From Prasinococcaceae sp. CCMP 1430 (Eukaryota > Plantae > Prasinodermophyta), in contig RQSC01000518.1 of the NCBI GenBank assembly GCA_013416795.1, forward strand, positions 7,346-71,345: a stretch of 64,000 nucleotides of DNA. The letters run 5' to 3'. Below the pieces are notes generated by a model. That model saw nothing but the letters and a program-made list of their open reading frames with translations, was not told the origin of the DNA and ran no database searches. A program made the translations under genes and the position numbers. Below are positions 53,538 to 63,000 of this stretch, in pieces; position 1 is the stretch's first letter, and every line of letters starts with the position of its first letter.

Positions 53538-55226
53538 TCACACCCCCGCTCCTCCTCCCCCCACCGCCGTCCCCCCTTCCGCCCGCTTTCTTGCTCGTCC
53601 GCCGCCGCCGCCGTCGCTCCTCTCCCGATCGTGGTCGGGGTCGTGCTTGTGCGACCGCTTGCGCTTCTCGTCCTTCCCCCCGGACGTCTTGCCCGACTTG
53701 CGCTTCTTGGGCACGACGGTTTTGGCCTCCTCCTCCGCGACGGCCGCCAGCTCGGGGCGCACCCCGCGCAGCCGGAGCAGCCACTTGCCGGCCATTTTCG
53801 GCCGCGAGTGCAGGCTCGCGCGCCAGCAGCGCACGAAGTTTTCGCTCGAGCAGAAGTTCTGCGTGACCGCGACGGTGGGCTCGAGGTTGATGACGGCGTG
53901 CCACCAGCCATCGGGCACGAAGATGGTCTCGCCCGCGTGCTGCACGAGCTCCACGGGCGGCGCTATCTCCCCCTCGTCGGCCGCGCGGCGCAGCCGCGGC
54001 AGGATCTTCGAGAACCACACCGCCGCCTCGTCGCCCTCGCCGGACGGGTCCACCAGCGCCTTGGGCGTGTCCGGCGGCAGCAGGCACCAGCGCTTCGAGC
54101 CGCTGATCACCGTGTTCCACGCGGCGGTCGCCAGCGGGTCCACGTGCGCCCACGTCCCCGCGCGTGGCCCGCCGATGACCAGCCAGCGGTACGGCGGCCG
54201 GCGGCCCTCGCCCACGTGCTGGAAGAGGTCCTCGCTGAAGAGGTGCGGCACGCGAAAGTCGTCCAAGAGCGCGGCCGTCGACTTGCCGTCCTCGGAGAAC
54301 GTCGAGTCGAACAGGTACATGGGCGCGTCGTCGCGCTGGTGGGCTGCGAGTGCGCCGCGCACGCGCGCGGCGGATGCGATTGGTTGCGGGGTGGTTCGGG
54401 GGTGGCGGTGGCACAGTCAGCGGCGTGCGGCCGCAGCCCGAGCGGGCGCAGCGGCGGCGGCGAGGCGCAGCGGCTTCGCCGCCAGGGCGTACCTCGGTCG
54501 AAGAGATAGTAGCAGAAGTACTTGAACTTGAGCCGCACCGGGTACCCCTCGTCGTCCTCCCCGACCTTCAGGCGCGCCTCGGCGTAGCGCGCGCGCAGCC
54601 GCTCGAGCGACCACTCGCCGTCGCGATACGCCGCCCAGTCGTCGGCGAGGTGGGTCAGCACGCACGGCGTGCGCCGCCGCTCGAACCGCGCCGCGAACTC
54701 GCCAGCGTCCAGCCGGCGGCCGTCGAGCACCGGCACCTGCGGATGCGCGCGCGCCGGTGCGCGCGCGGCCGTGAGGCACGGCTCATCCGCGAGGCCCATC
54801 TGCGCCCACGCGCGGTCGGGAGCGATGTCAGTCTTTATCTCCTTCTTGGCGTCGCGTATGCGCGCCTCCACCTTGGGGAGTCGCAGGCCGTCGGGTTGGA
54901 GGGCGGTCGGGTGCGCGGGATGGGAGGGGCATGCGAGGGGCGCGCGGGTCAGCGCGCTTGCCTCGCCCGCTGCTGATGCAGCGCCGCGCCGGGGCACTCG
55001 CGGCCTCGGTGGGGCTCTCGTGACGGCGGCGCACCTGTGCGCGGTAGTCGCTTCTCTGCAAAGCCAGATCGAAGCGCTCCGATGGTGGTGCGAACACGGG
55101 CGCTAGGAGCGGCTGTGCAGCGGGCGCTTGCTTGCCCGGGCACGCGTCGGCTGAAGCGGTGGCCGGCACCGCCTCAGCGAGTCCGCCGCGCCCGACGACG
55201 GCGGCCGCCGCGTGCTGCTGACACAT
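53538..55226 (-). CDS. JMJD6: JMJD6/PSR-like 2-oxoglutarate oxygenase
   Basis: VEARIRDAKK, KVGEDDEGYPVRLKFKYF, RDDAPMYLFDS, RRPPYRWLVIGG, HVD (Fe ligands), KRWCLLPP and GWWHAVINL; introns 54872-55034 and 54344-54492; start ATG 55226 is tentative; TGTAA at 53481-53485. Confidence 0.92.
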
Positions 55227-55769
55227 TCTGGCCGGCCAGGCGCGTGTGCAGGATCGCGGCGGAGGGCTGGAGGTTGCGCGGTGGCCGCGGCGCGCGCGTG
55301 CGAGCCTCGGAGTCCCTGCTCCCCGCGCACCGCCACCGCCTCGTCGGCTGCCGCTCGCGGCCTGCGGCGCCCGCCCTCCGCGGGCGAGCCACGCGAGGGC
55401 AAGTACATACAGCCCATCGACGCCCGAGCCGAGCGCGCTCCACGCCGCGCCGTCCCACTTGGCGATACCCACCCCCCTCCACACCGCACCGTTGCTCCGC
55501 TCCGTGTGCCTGCCGCCAGCAGGCGGTGGTGGCGCGCCGGCGGCTGCTCTGTGTCATCCGCCACACTGAATGTACTGACTGACTTTCCTCCATGCGTGCT
55601 CCGACCGACCGAGCCTCCCGACGAGCCCCCGCGCCTGCGCACTTTTCCCGGTCGACTGGGCCGCGAATCCACCGCGGCGCGCCGGGATCGCGCGGACGCG
55701 TTCCGCGCGAAGCGGGGACCTCCATCGAACGCGCAGCCGCCGACCCACCGGCATGCATGCAAATGTACC

Positions 55770-56022
55770 TGGTACAGTGTACAGTACAAACAACTGTACG
55801 TACAGTGTGATGAAGAAGTAAGTGCGTGTTGGCAGCCTTCGACGGCCCCCGCCCGCCGCCGCCACCGCCACCGCGCCCCACCACACGGCGCGCACCGCCA
55901 TGGGCTCCGGAGCGCCGCGCAGCAGCCATTCCACGCGCCACAGGCTCAGCCGCAGGTGGCCGCGCGCCGCGCCGCCAACGCGCGGCGGCAGCGCCGCGCC
56001 CTCGATGGGCGGCGGGAAACAC
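55770..56022 (-). CDS. Fragment of a hypothetical membrane protein truncated by the gap
   Basis: HLRLSLWRVEWLLRG...TYFFITLYVQLFVLYTVPG hydrophobic helix, adjacent to the N run. Confidence 0.3.
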
Positions 56023-56993
56023 NNNNNNNNNNNNNNNNNNNNNNNNNNNNNNNNNNNNNNNNNNNNNNNNNNNNNNNNNNNNNNNNNNNNNNNNNNNNNN
56101 NNNNNNNNNNNNNNNNNNNNNNNNNNNNNNNNNNNNNNNNNNNNNNNNNNNNNNNNNNNNNNNNNNNNNNNNNNNNNNNNNNNNNNNNNNNNNNNNNNNN
56201 NNNNNNNNNNNNNNNNNNNNNNNNNNNNNNNNNNNNNNNNNNNNNNNNNNNNNNNNNNNNNNNNNNNNNNNNNNNNNNNNNNNNNNNNNNNNNNNNNNNN
56301 NNNNNNNNNNNNNNNNNNNNNNNNNNNNNNNNNNNNNNNNNNNNNNNNNNNNNNNNNNNNNNNNNNNNNNNNNNNNNNNNNNNNNNNNNNNNNNNNNNNN
56401 NNNNNNNNNNNNNNNNNNNNNNNNNNNNNNNNNNNNNNNNNNNNNNNNNNNNNNNNNNNNNNNNNNNNNNNNNNNNNNNNNNNNNNNNNNNNNNNNNNNN
56501 NNNNNNNNNNNNNNNNNNNNNNNNNNNNNNNNNNNNNNNNNNNNNNNNNNNNNNNNNNNNNNNNNNNNNNNNNNNNNNNNNNNNNNNNNNNNNNNNNNNN
56601 NNNNNNNNNNNNNNNNNNNNNNNNNNNNNNNNNNNNNNNNNNNNNNNNNNNNNNNNNNNNNNNNNNNNNNNNNNNNNNNNNNNNNNNNNNNNNNNNNNNN
56701 NNNNNNNNNNNNNNNNNNNNNNNNNNNNNNNNNNNNNNNNNNNNNNNNNNNNNNNNNNNNNNNNNNNNNNNNNNNNNNNNNNNNNNNNNNNNNNNNNNNN
56801 NNNNNNNNNNNNNNNNNNNNNNNNNNNNNNNNNNNNNNNNNNNNNNNNNNNNNNNNNNNNNNNNNNNNNNNNNNNNNNNNNNNNNNNNNNNNNNNNNNNN
56901 NNNNNNNNNNNNNNNNNNNNNNNNNNNNNNNNNNNNNNNNNNNNNNNNNNNNNNNNNNNNNNNNNNNNNNNNNNNNNNNNNNNNNNNNNNNNN
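56023..56993. other. Assembly gap (N run)
   Basis: Run of n. Confidence 1.
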
Positions 56994-57095
56994 GCGCGGT
57001 CGCGCCCGCGCGCGCGCGCGCGCGCGCCCGCCGCTGCCGCCCCTCTCCCGAGCCACAGCCAACGCCATCCCAACAACCGACCGCCATGCGCGCGC

Positions 57096-58367
57096 TCAGA
57101 GGAGCAGCCTTCGCGTGGCGGTGCTGAGCACCACGCGGGGACGCAGCGCGAGCACGTCCAAGCCGAGCAGCATGCCAGGAGAGCCGCCCGCGCCAAGGCC
57201 GATGGACGCGAACGCCGGCAGGTCGCCGATGAGCAGCCGCACGCTGCCGGCGGTGCAACCGCCGACGCTCAGCGTGGAATCGCGCTCAGCTACGCGCATG
57301 GCGACAGGACTTCCGTTGGCGCCAGCCACCCACATGGGCTCGATGGACGAATCCCCCCGCAGACCGAGCGTTGCGGCGGCCGCGCTGTTGACCGTGCTGA
57401 AGCACGCCCCTGTGTCCAACAGCGCGGGGATCGCTGCTGAGCCGTCTACGCTCACCTCCACGGCGAGCAGGCCCAGGGCGAGGGGCTGCAGGATGACCTC
57501 GGTGAGGCCGCGCGTGAGTGCCGCCCACGAGGCCGCCGTGCATGCACCGCGACGCACGAAGCGCACCTCGCCGGGCCGGGCCGCCCAGCTGAGCTCCACC
57601 GCGTCGAAAGAGGAGAGGAAGTCCAGCCCTAGTATGCCACCCGTCCCCGCGCCCGTCGGCAGCTCCATTACGACGGCATTCAGGCCCGGGACGAGCTCGT
57701 CTGTTGCGCCGCCGCCATCGGATGCGAGCGCATCCGTGAGGCGCACCGAGCCCATTGCGACCTGGTACGACGCCTCGGTGGTCCCCGTGCCGCCGACGCC
57801 CGGCCCGGCGGTGACGCCCGTGCGCTTGCAACGGAGCGCCGCAGCGGCAGCCGGCGTCAGCAGCGTTGTGCTAGCGGCCGTGTCGAGCACCATGACCGTG
57901 CTACCGGTCGGCGTCGTCACGCCGAGCGCGGCGTACTCGCCCTGCTGCGTTTTGATGCCGGCGTACAGCGACGCGGCTTCCTCCCAACGGATGGGCGCAA
58001 CGACCGCGGGCGGTTCGCCGCCCGGCCGCGCTTCCCCGGCACTGCCGCTCGCATCGCCGCTGTTGCCGCCACGCGTGTCGGTGGGCCGAGTCTGCTGTGC
58101 CTCCTGCTGCGGCGAGGCCTCTGCGGCAGCGAGTGCGGCGACAATGCTCTCGCGGTCGAAGAGACCTGCGGTGGCAATGCCTGCCGCATCGGCGCGGCGC
58201 TTGAGCTCGCGCAGGCGCACACCGCTGTATGCGTCATCACCTGCCGCCCTTGTCCGTGCGCGTGTGCGCAGCCCTGCGCGGCCGCCGCCTCCGCCGTGCG
58301 CTGCCCGGGCACGCGCGGCGGGATGCAGTGTGCGGCCGCGTGGCGGCGTCGCGGTCGCCACGGCCAT
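57096..58367 (-). CDS. Plastid-targeted(?) SAP/HeH-like plus double retropepsin aspartyl protease
   Basis: Transit-like N-terminus; VRLRELKRRADAAGIATAGLFDRESIVAAL; MVLDTAAST...GGILGLDFL; ALLDTGACF...GMLLGLDVL. Confidence 0.78.
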   Translation of the reverse strand: MAVATATPPRGRTLHPAARARAAHGGGGGRAGLRTRARTRAAGDDAYSGVRLRELKRRADAAGIATAGLFDRESIVAALAAAEASPQQEAQQTRPTDTRGGNSGDASGSAGEARPGGEPPAVVAPIRWEEAASLYAGIKTQQGEYAALGVTTPTGSTVMVLDTAASTTLLTPAAAAALRCKRTGVTAGPGVGGTGTTEASYQVAMGSVRLTDALASDGGGATDELVPGLNAVVMELPTGAGTGGILGLDFLSSFDAVELSWAARPGEVRFVRRGACTAASWAALTRGLTEVILQPLALGLLAVEVSVDGSAAIPALLDTGACFSTVNSAAAATLGLRGDSSIEPMWVAGANGSPVAMRVAERDSTLSVGGCTAGSVRLLIGDLPAFASIGLGAGGSPGMLLGLDVLALRPRVVLSTATRRLLL

Positions 58368-58863
58368 CCTCCCCACGCCGGGGCCTCAACCCCCTCGGGC
58401 GGCGGCCGGCGCGAGCCCGCGCCACGCACACGTGCGCCCCGTTGTGTGAGGGGCACCTGCACGAGGCGCGCCTTGTGGCGGGCGATGGCGGCGGCGGGGC
58501 CCCAGCGCGCCTGCAGCGACCGCGCCCCGCCGCCAGGCAGAGAGAGCTCCGCCGCGCGAGCGTGCGTCCCGGGTGCGCGCGATGCTCGCCTTCGCGCGTG
58601 GCCGCACGCATGCGCGTGCGCGTTGCGCGATTGCGCAAGGGAATGTAAACCCCATATACTTTTACCCTAAACATAACCGTATCCCAATGTGCGGGCGTGG
58701 TTCGGGCGGCTCTCAGGGGGGAAAAGGGGGGGCGGCAGCGCGCCGTTACGGAGCGATCGGGGGGGGCGGAGTGTGACTGGCTCCTCGCGGCGGGCCCTGC
58801 TCCCGGCGCTGGCCGCAGCGCGGCAGGCAGGGGAAGTGAAGCATGGCGCCTCCAGGCAGAGGG

Positions 58864-58899
<36 letters not shown>

Positions 58900-58942
58900 G
58901 GGTGACGACACTCAGGGCGCAGCATGCGCAGGCGGGTCGAGG

Positions 58943-59830
58943 ATGGCGGCCGGCACGGCCGCGCTGTGCGAGACTCTCGAGGCCGCGCGCGCAGCTTACG
59001 CGGAGCGCGCGCCGTGCTCGGCAGCGGCATGGCGAGCGCTCAGCGCTGCTGAGGCAGGCGCGCCGAAACTCCTTTGCGATCACGTGGCGTTCCGCACATT
59101 CGGCATCGACGGGCTGGGCGTGGCCTCCCTCGGCAAGGTCCTCACCGACGCGGGTTACACCGAACAGGACGAGCTCTTCTTCGAGAAGAAGAAGCTGCGA
59201 GCGCGCTGGTATCGCCCGCCAGCGAGCCGGGGCTACTTGAGTGGCTCGATGGAGGGCGGGTTCCTGCCGCGTGTCTTCGTGTCGGAGCTGGAGATGCACC
59301 GCGTCTCGGATAAATTGAAGGAGCTCGTCGAGAGAAACGTCGCCGGTTGCCACGCGGAGCTTGGCGTGCGCCCGTGGGTGGTGCCAACGAAGGCCGACTA
59401 CGACACAGCGGCCGAGGAGAGCGAGTACGCCGCGTGGACGCTCGCGCATGGTTACGCGCTCAACCACGCCACCGTGTCAGTGCACAATCTGCGGTCCTTC
59501 GGCGCGCCGCCGGAGAGCGACAGGCTTGCGGCGGTCAACAAGCTGCTCTCCGAACAGGGCTTCACGCTGAATGCGCCAACCGGCGACCCCATCAACGTCT
59601 CCCCCGATGGGCTCCTCAGGCAATCATCGACCAAGGCGGACTTGGTCGAATACCACTTCAGATGTGGAGCCAAGGCATCCATCCCTGGAAGCTACGTTGA
59701 GTTCGCCGAACGCCTTGCCCTGCCCGCGCACGCGGGCGTTGAAGAGGAGCAGCTGACTGAGGAGATGCGCCGTGACGGCTTCGAATCGGGCAACGCCGAC
59801 AAGATCTTCGAGTCCACCTTCACAAAGTGA
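58943..59830 (+). CDS. HGLS: 2-oxoadipate dioxygenase/decarboxylase (hydroxyglutarate synthase, DUF1338, FLO7-like)
   Basis: DHVAFRT, KKLRARWY, PRVFVSEL, ESEYAAWTLAHGYALNHATV, LLRQSST, PGSYVEFAER and RRDGFESGNADKIFEST; upstream targeting exon unresolved. Confidence 0.9.
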   Translation: MAAGTAALCETLEAARAAYAERAPCSAAAWRALSAAEAGAPKLLCDHVAFRTFGIDGLGVASLGKVLTDAGYTEQDELFFEKKKLRARWYRPPASRGYLSGSMEGGFLPRVFVSELEMHRVSDKLKELVERNVAGCHAELGVRPWVVPTKADYDTAAEESEYAAWTLAHGYALNHATVSVHNLRSFGAPPESDRLAAVNKLLSEQGFTLNAPTGDPINVSPDGLLRQSSTKADLVEYHFRCGAKASIPGSYVEFAERLALPAHAGVEEEQLTEEMRRDGFESGNADKIFESTFTK

Positions 59831-60037
59831 CGAACCACGCCAGTGAGCGGGCAAGAGCATGCTGCGCGTACTTGTCACGCCTATAGTGCCCGCCCCCTCC
59901 GCTCCGATGCAAGATACTGTAGTTTTACACTCGTGACTGCCTCGGCTGGCCTGCCCCAATCGAGGACGCCGAGGCGTGGACACATGCTGGGGTACAGGGC
60001 GGCGCTGCGCCGTGGCAACGAGGCGGACAAAAAAGAG

Positions 60038-63000
60038 CTACTGCTTGGACGCCTGGTAGTACAGCTCGAGGTACTCGACCGCTGGTCTGTTCCACGTGAA
60101 GTCCTGCATGAGACAGCGTCGCTGGAGGTCCTGCAGCCACTCGCGCCCGTCGTAGTACGCATCGAGCGCCCTGTTCAGCGCGTAGTCCAGCGCTTCATTG
60201 TCGGTGCCATCGAAGGAGAAGCCGTTTGTTTCGTAGCCATACCACGTGCAACGCTCCTCGTCGTGCGTAACGTCGAACACGGTATCGTTGAGCCCACCAG
60301 TCTTGCGCACGATCGGCACCGATCCGAAGCGCATGGCGATCATCTGGGTGAGGCCGCAGGGCTCGAACATGCTCGGGACGCAAATGAAGTCCGCCCCGGC
60401 GTAGATCAGGTGGCTGAGGGGCTCGTCGTAGGTGAGCACCATGCGACCATGCGGCGTCTGCTCAACTCCGTGCCGCATCGCCTCGAAGCCCCCCTGCACG
60501 CGCGGGTCGGGCGCGCTGCCCAGAAGCACCACCTGCCCGCCGCGCTCGAGCACCTTGTGAATGGCGTGCTCGATGAGGTGGATGCCCTTCTGGTGAGTGA
60601 GGCGCGTCACGATGCCGACCAACGGTCTGTCCGGGTCCTGCGCCATGTTCAGCCGCTGCTGAAGCGCAAGCTTGTTTGCAGCCTTGCCCTCGACTATGTT
60701 CGTCTCGTCGTAGTGCACGGGCAGCCACATGTCGTCCTCCGGAGACCAGATGTCGGGGTCGATGCCGTTACGGATGCCATGGAACTTCCCGTGGTTGGGC
60801 GCGATCGCCGGGTGGCCACTGATCTCGTTCGCGTACGTGGGCGAGACGGTGGTGGCCATGCTACACGCGGCCATCGCCTGCCCGATGAGGTCCGCCCCGT
60901 AGTTGAGGTTGTGAATGGTGAACACCGCACGCGTCTTGCCTAGGTACGTCTCGTGGTAGTTGTTGAGCATGCTTGCCACTGGCGCCGACGACCAGTCGTG
61001 ACAGTGCACAATGTCTGGGTGGCGACCGGTCGCCAGCATGAAGTCAAGCGCCGCATTACAGAAGAAGCCGAACCGGCCGGCGTCGTCGTTGCGGCCGTAC
61101 ACGCATCCCACGTTGAAGATGCCGCTGTCCGGTGCGAGAAAGTAGGTGGGGACGCCTACCACCTCGCCCCTGAAGATGCGCACGTAGGTTCCGCCGAATT
61201 GGAAGCCGCCCTCCTCCCTGAGGTCGCGCACAGCGTCATAGTTGATGCAGTCGTACTTAGGCAGCACGACCTCGACCTGGTGACCTGCGTCGATGATCGC
61301 ACGGCTGATCGACGTCACCACGTCGCCGAGCCCACCGACCTTCGCAATGGGCGCCATCTCCACCGCCACGTGCATGATGTGCATGGGCGGCTGGGTGGCG
61401 CTGGCACCCTGCAGCGGCAAGTGGAAGTCCAGACCGCCGTTGTTGTCGTACGACGCGTGCTCCTCGGGGCCGTCGCTGAAGACGAAGTCGGCGCACCACG
61501 CTTCGGGCGGCGCGGTGATCTCCGCGACGAGGTAGTGCGAGTCGTCGTCCTCGGTGGTCACGCGCTCCATCTTGACGGGCCCCCACGAAGCGCCGTGCGT
61601 CCAGCGGTTCCAGCCGCCGCGAACGTAGACGGCATCGTTCCCGTTGAGGCACGTGTTGCGGGGGTTGTAGAAGATCTTCACCGCGTTGCCCGCGCTGGGC
61701 ACGGCGGGCTCCGAGTACCAAACGTGCGACTGGCTGAAACGCACGGCCTCCATGGCGGCCTCGCGCTGCGCGGCGCGCTTCACGGCGCGCGCGCGCTGCT
61801 TCGCCGCCTCTTCAGCCTCGCGCACCTCGCGCGCGGCCGTCGCCTCGGCGGTCTTCTCCTGGATCAGCGCCTCCCAGTACGCCTCGTCCATGCCGTGCTC
61901 GACGCGCAGGTGGTAGTCCTGCATGCCGTTGTTGTCGTACGCGCCGCAACCGTCCGCCTCCTCGGTGGTGGTCACGAAGTCAAGCTGCCACGCACTCGTA
62001 GGCACGCTGATCTCGGCCATAAACCACTTGCCGTCCTCCTCTTCGCTGGCGGACGCGTCCTCGTCTTCGCTGGCGGACGCGTCCTCGGCTTCGCTGGCGG
62101 ACGCGTCCTCGGCTTCGCTGGCGGACGCGTCCTCGGCTTCGCTGGCGGACGCGTCCTCGGCTTCGCTGGCGGACGCGTCCGCGACTTCGCTGGCGGACGG
62201 CTCCGCGACTTCGCTGGCGGACGGCTCCGCGACTTCGCTCACGCGCTGCATGTGCAGCGTCTGGCTTGGCTCGCCCTGCCAGCTGTTGCTGCCGACGACG
62301 ACATAAACTTCCTCGGAGCCTTCCAGGGGCGTGCCCTTGGCGTTGTAAAAGAGCTTGGCCGACTTTCCTGCCGCTGGCGAGGATGGTTCGGCGTAGAAGC
62401 GGCCCTTGACAGAGGTTGGAAGCTCGCGGCTGGATTGCTCCGCTTGCATGCGCGCTGAGTTGATGGCCTCCTCGGCAACGCGGCGGTCGCCCGCCAGCGC
62501 CTCGGCCAGGCGGCGCTTCTCCTCCTTCTCCTCACGGGCGCGCGTCTCCTCGGCCTCGGCCGCAGATTTGGCAGCCTTTTCGCGAGCTTCAGATGCGGCG
62601 CGCTCCTGCTCGGCGCGCTCCTTCTCGGCCTTGATGAACGCCGCGAACGCCTCGTAGGTGTAAGTACCACCATTGACGGCCGCCCAGAAGTTGGCCATTC
62701 CGTTGTTCTCGTACAGGCCGTCGCTGTCGTGCAAGACGAAGTTCATCTCGTACGCCTCCTTTGGCACGTCGAAGGACGTGGACCACCAGTCATTCCCTCC
62801 ATCTTTGTGCGTGTTTGTGGGCATCAGTGTGGCCGTGGAGTTTTCCCACTGCCAGTCGTTGAACCCGTATTGAAGGAGAATCGTGGGGCGGGAAGCAAGC
62901 GCCGGTGACGCCGCCCGGTTGAAGTACATCGTGGTGCTCTCGCCCGCCGCTACGTTGCTGGGGACAAAGAAGAACATGTCACCGGCGTTGGCGGCGATGA

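Noticed and set aside
62041-62232. Regular repeats as a CRISPR array
   Set aside because: No unique spacers; units are contiguous, in frame and inside a eukaryotic CDS.
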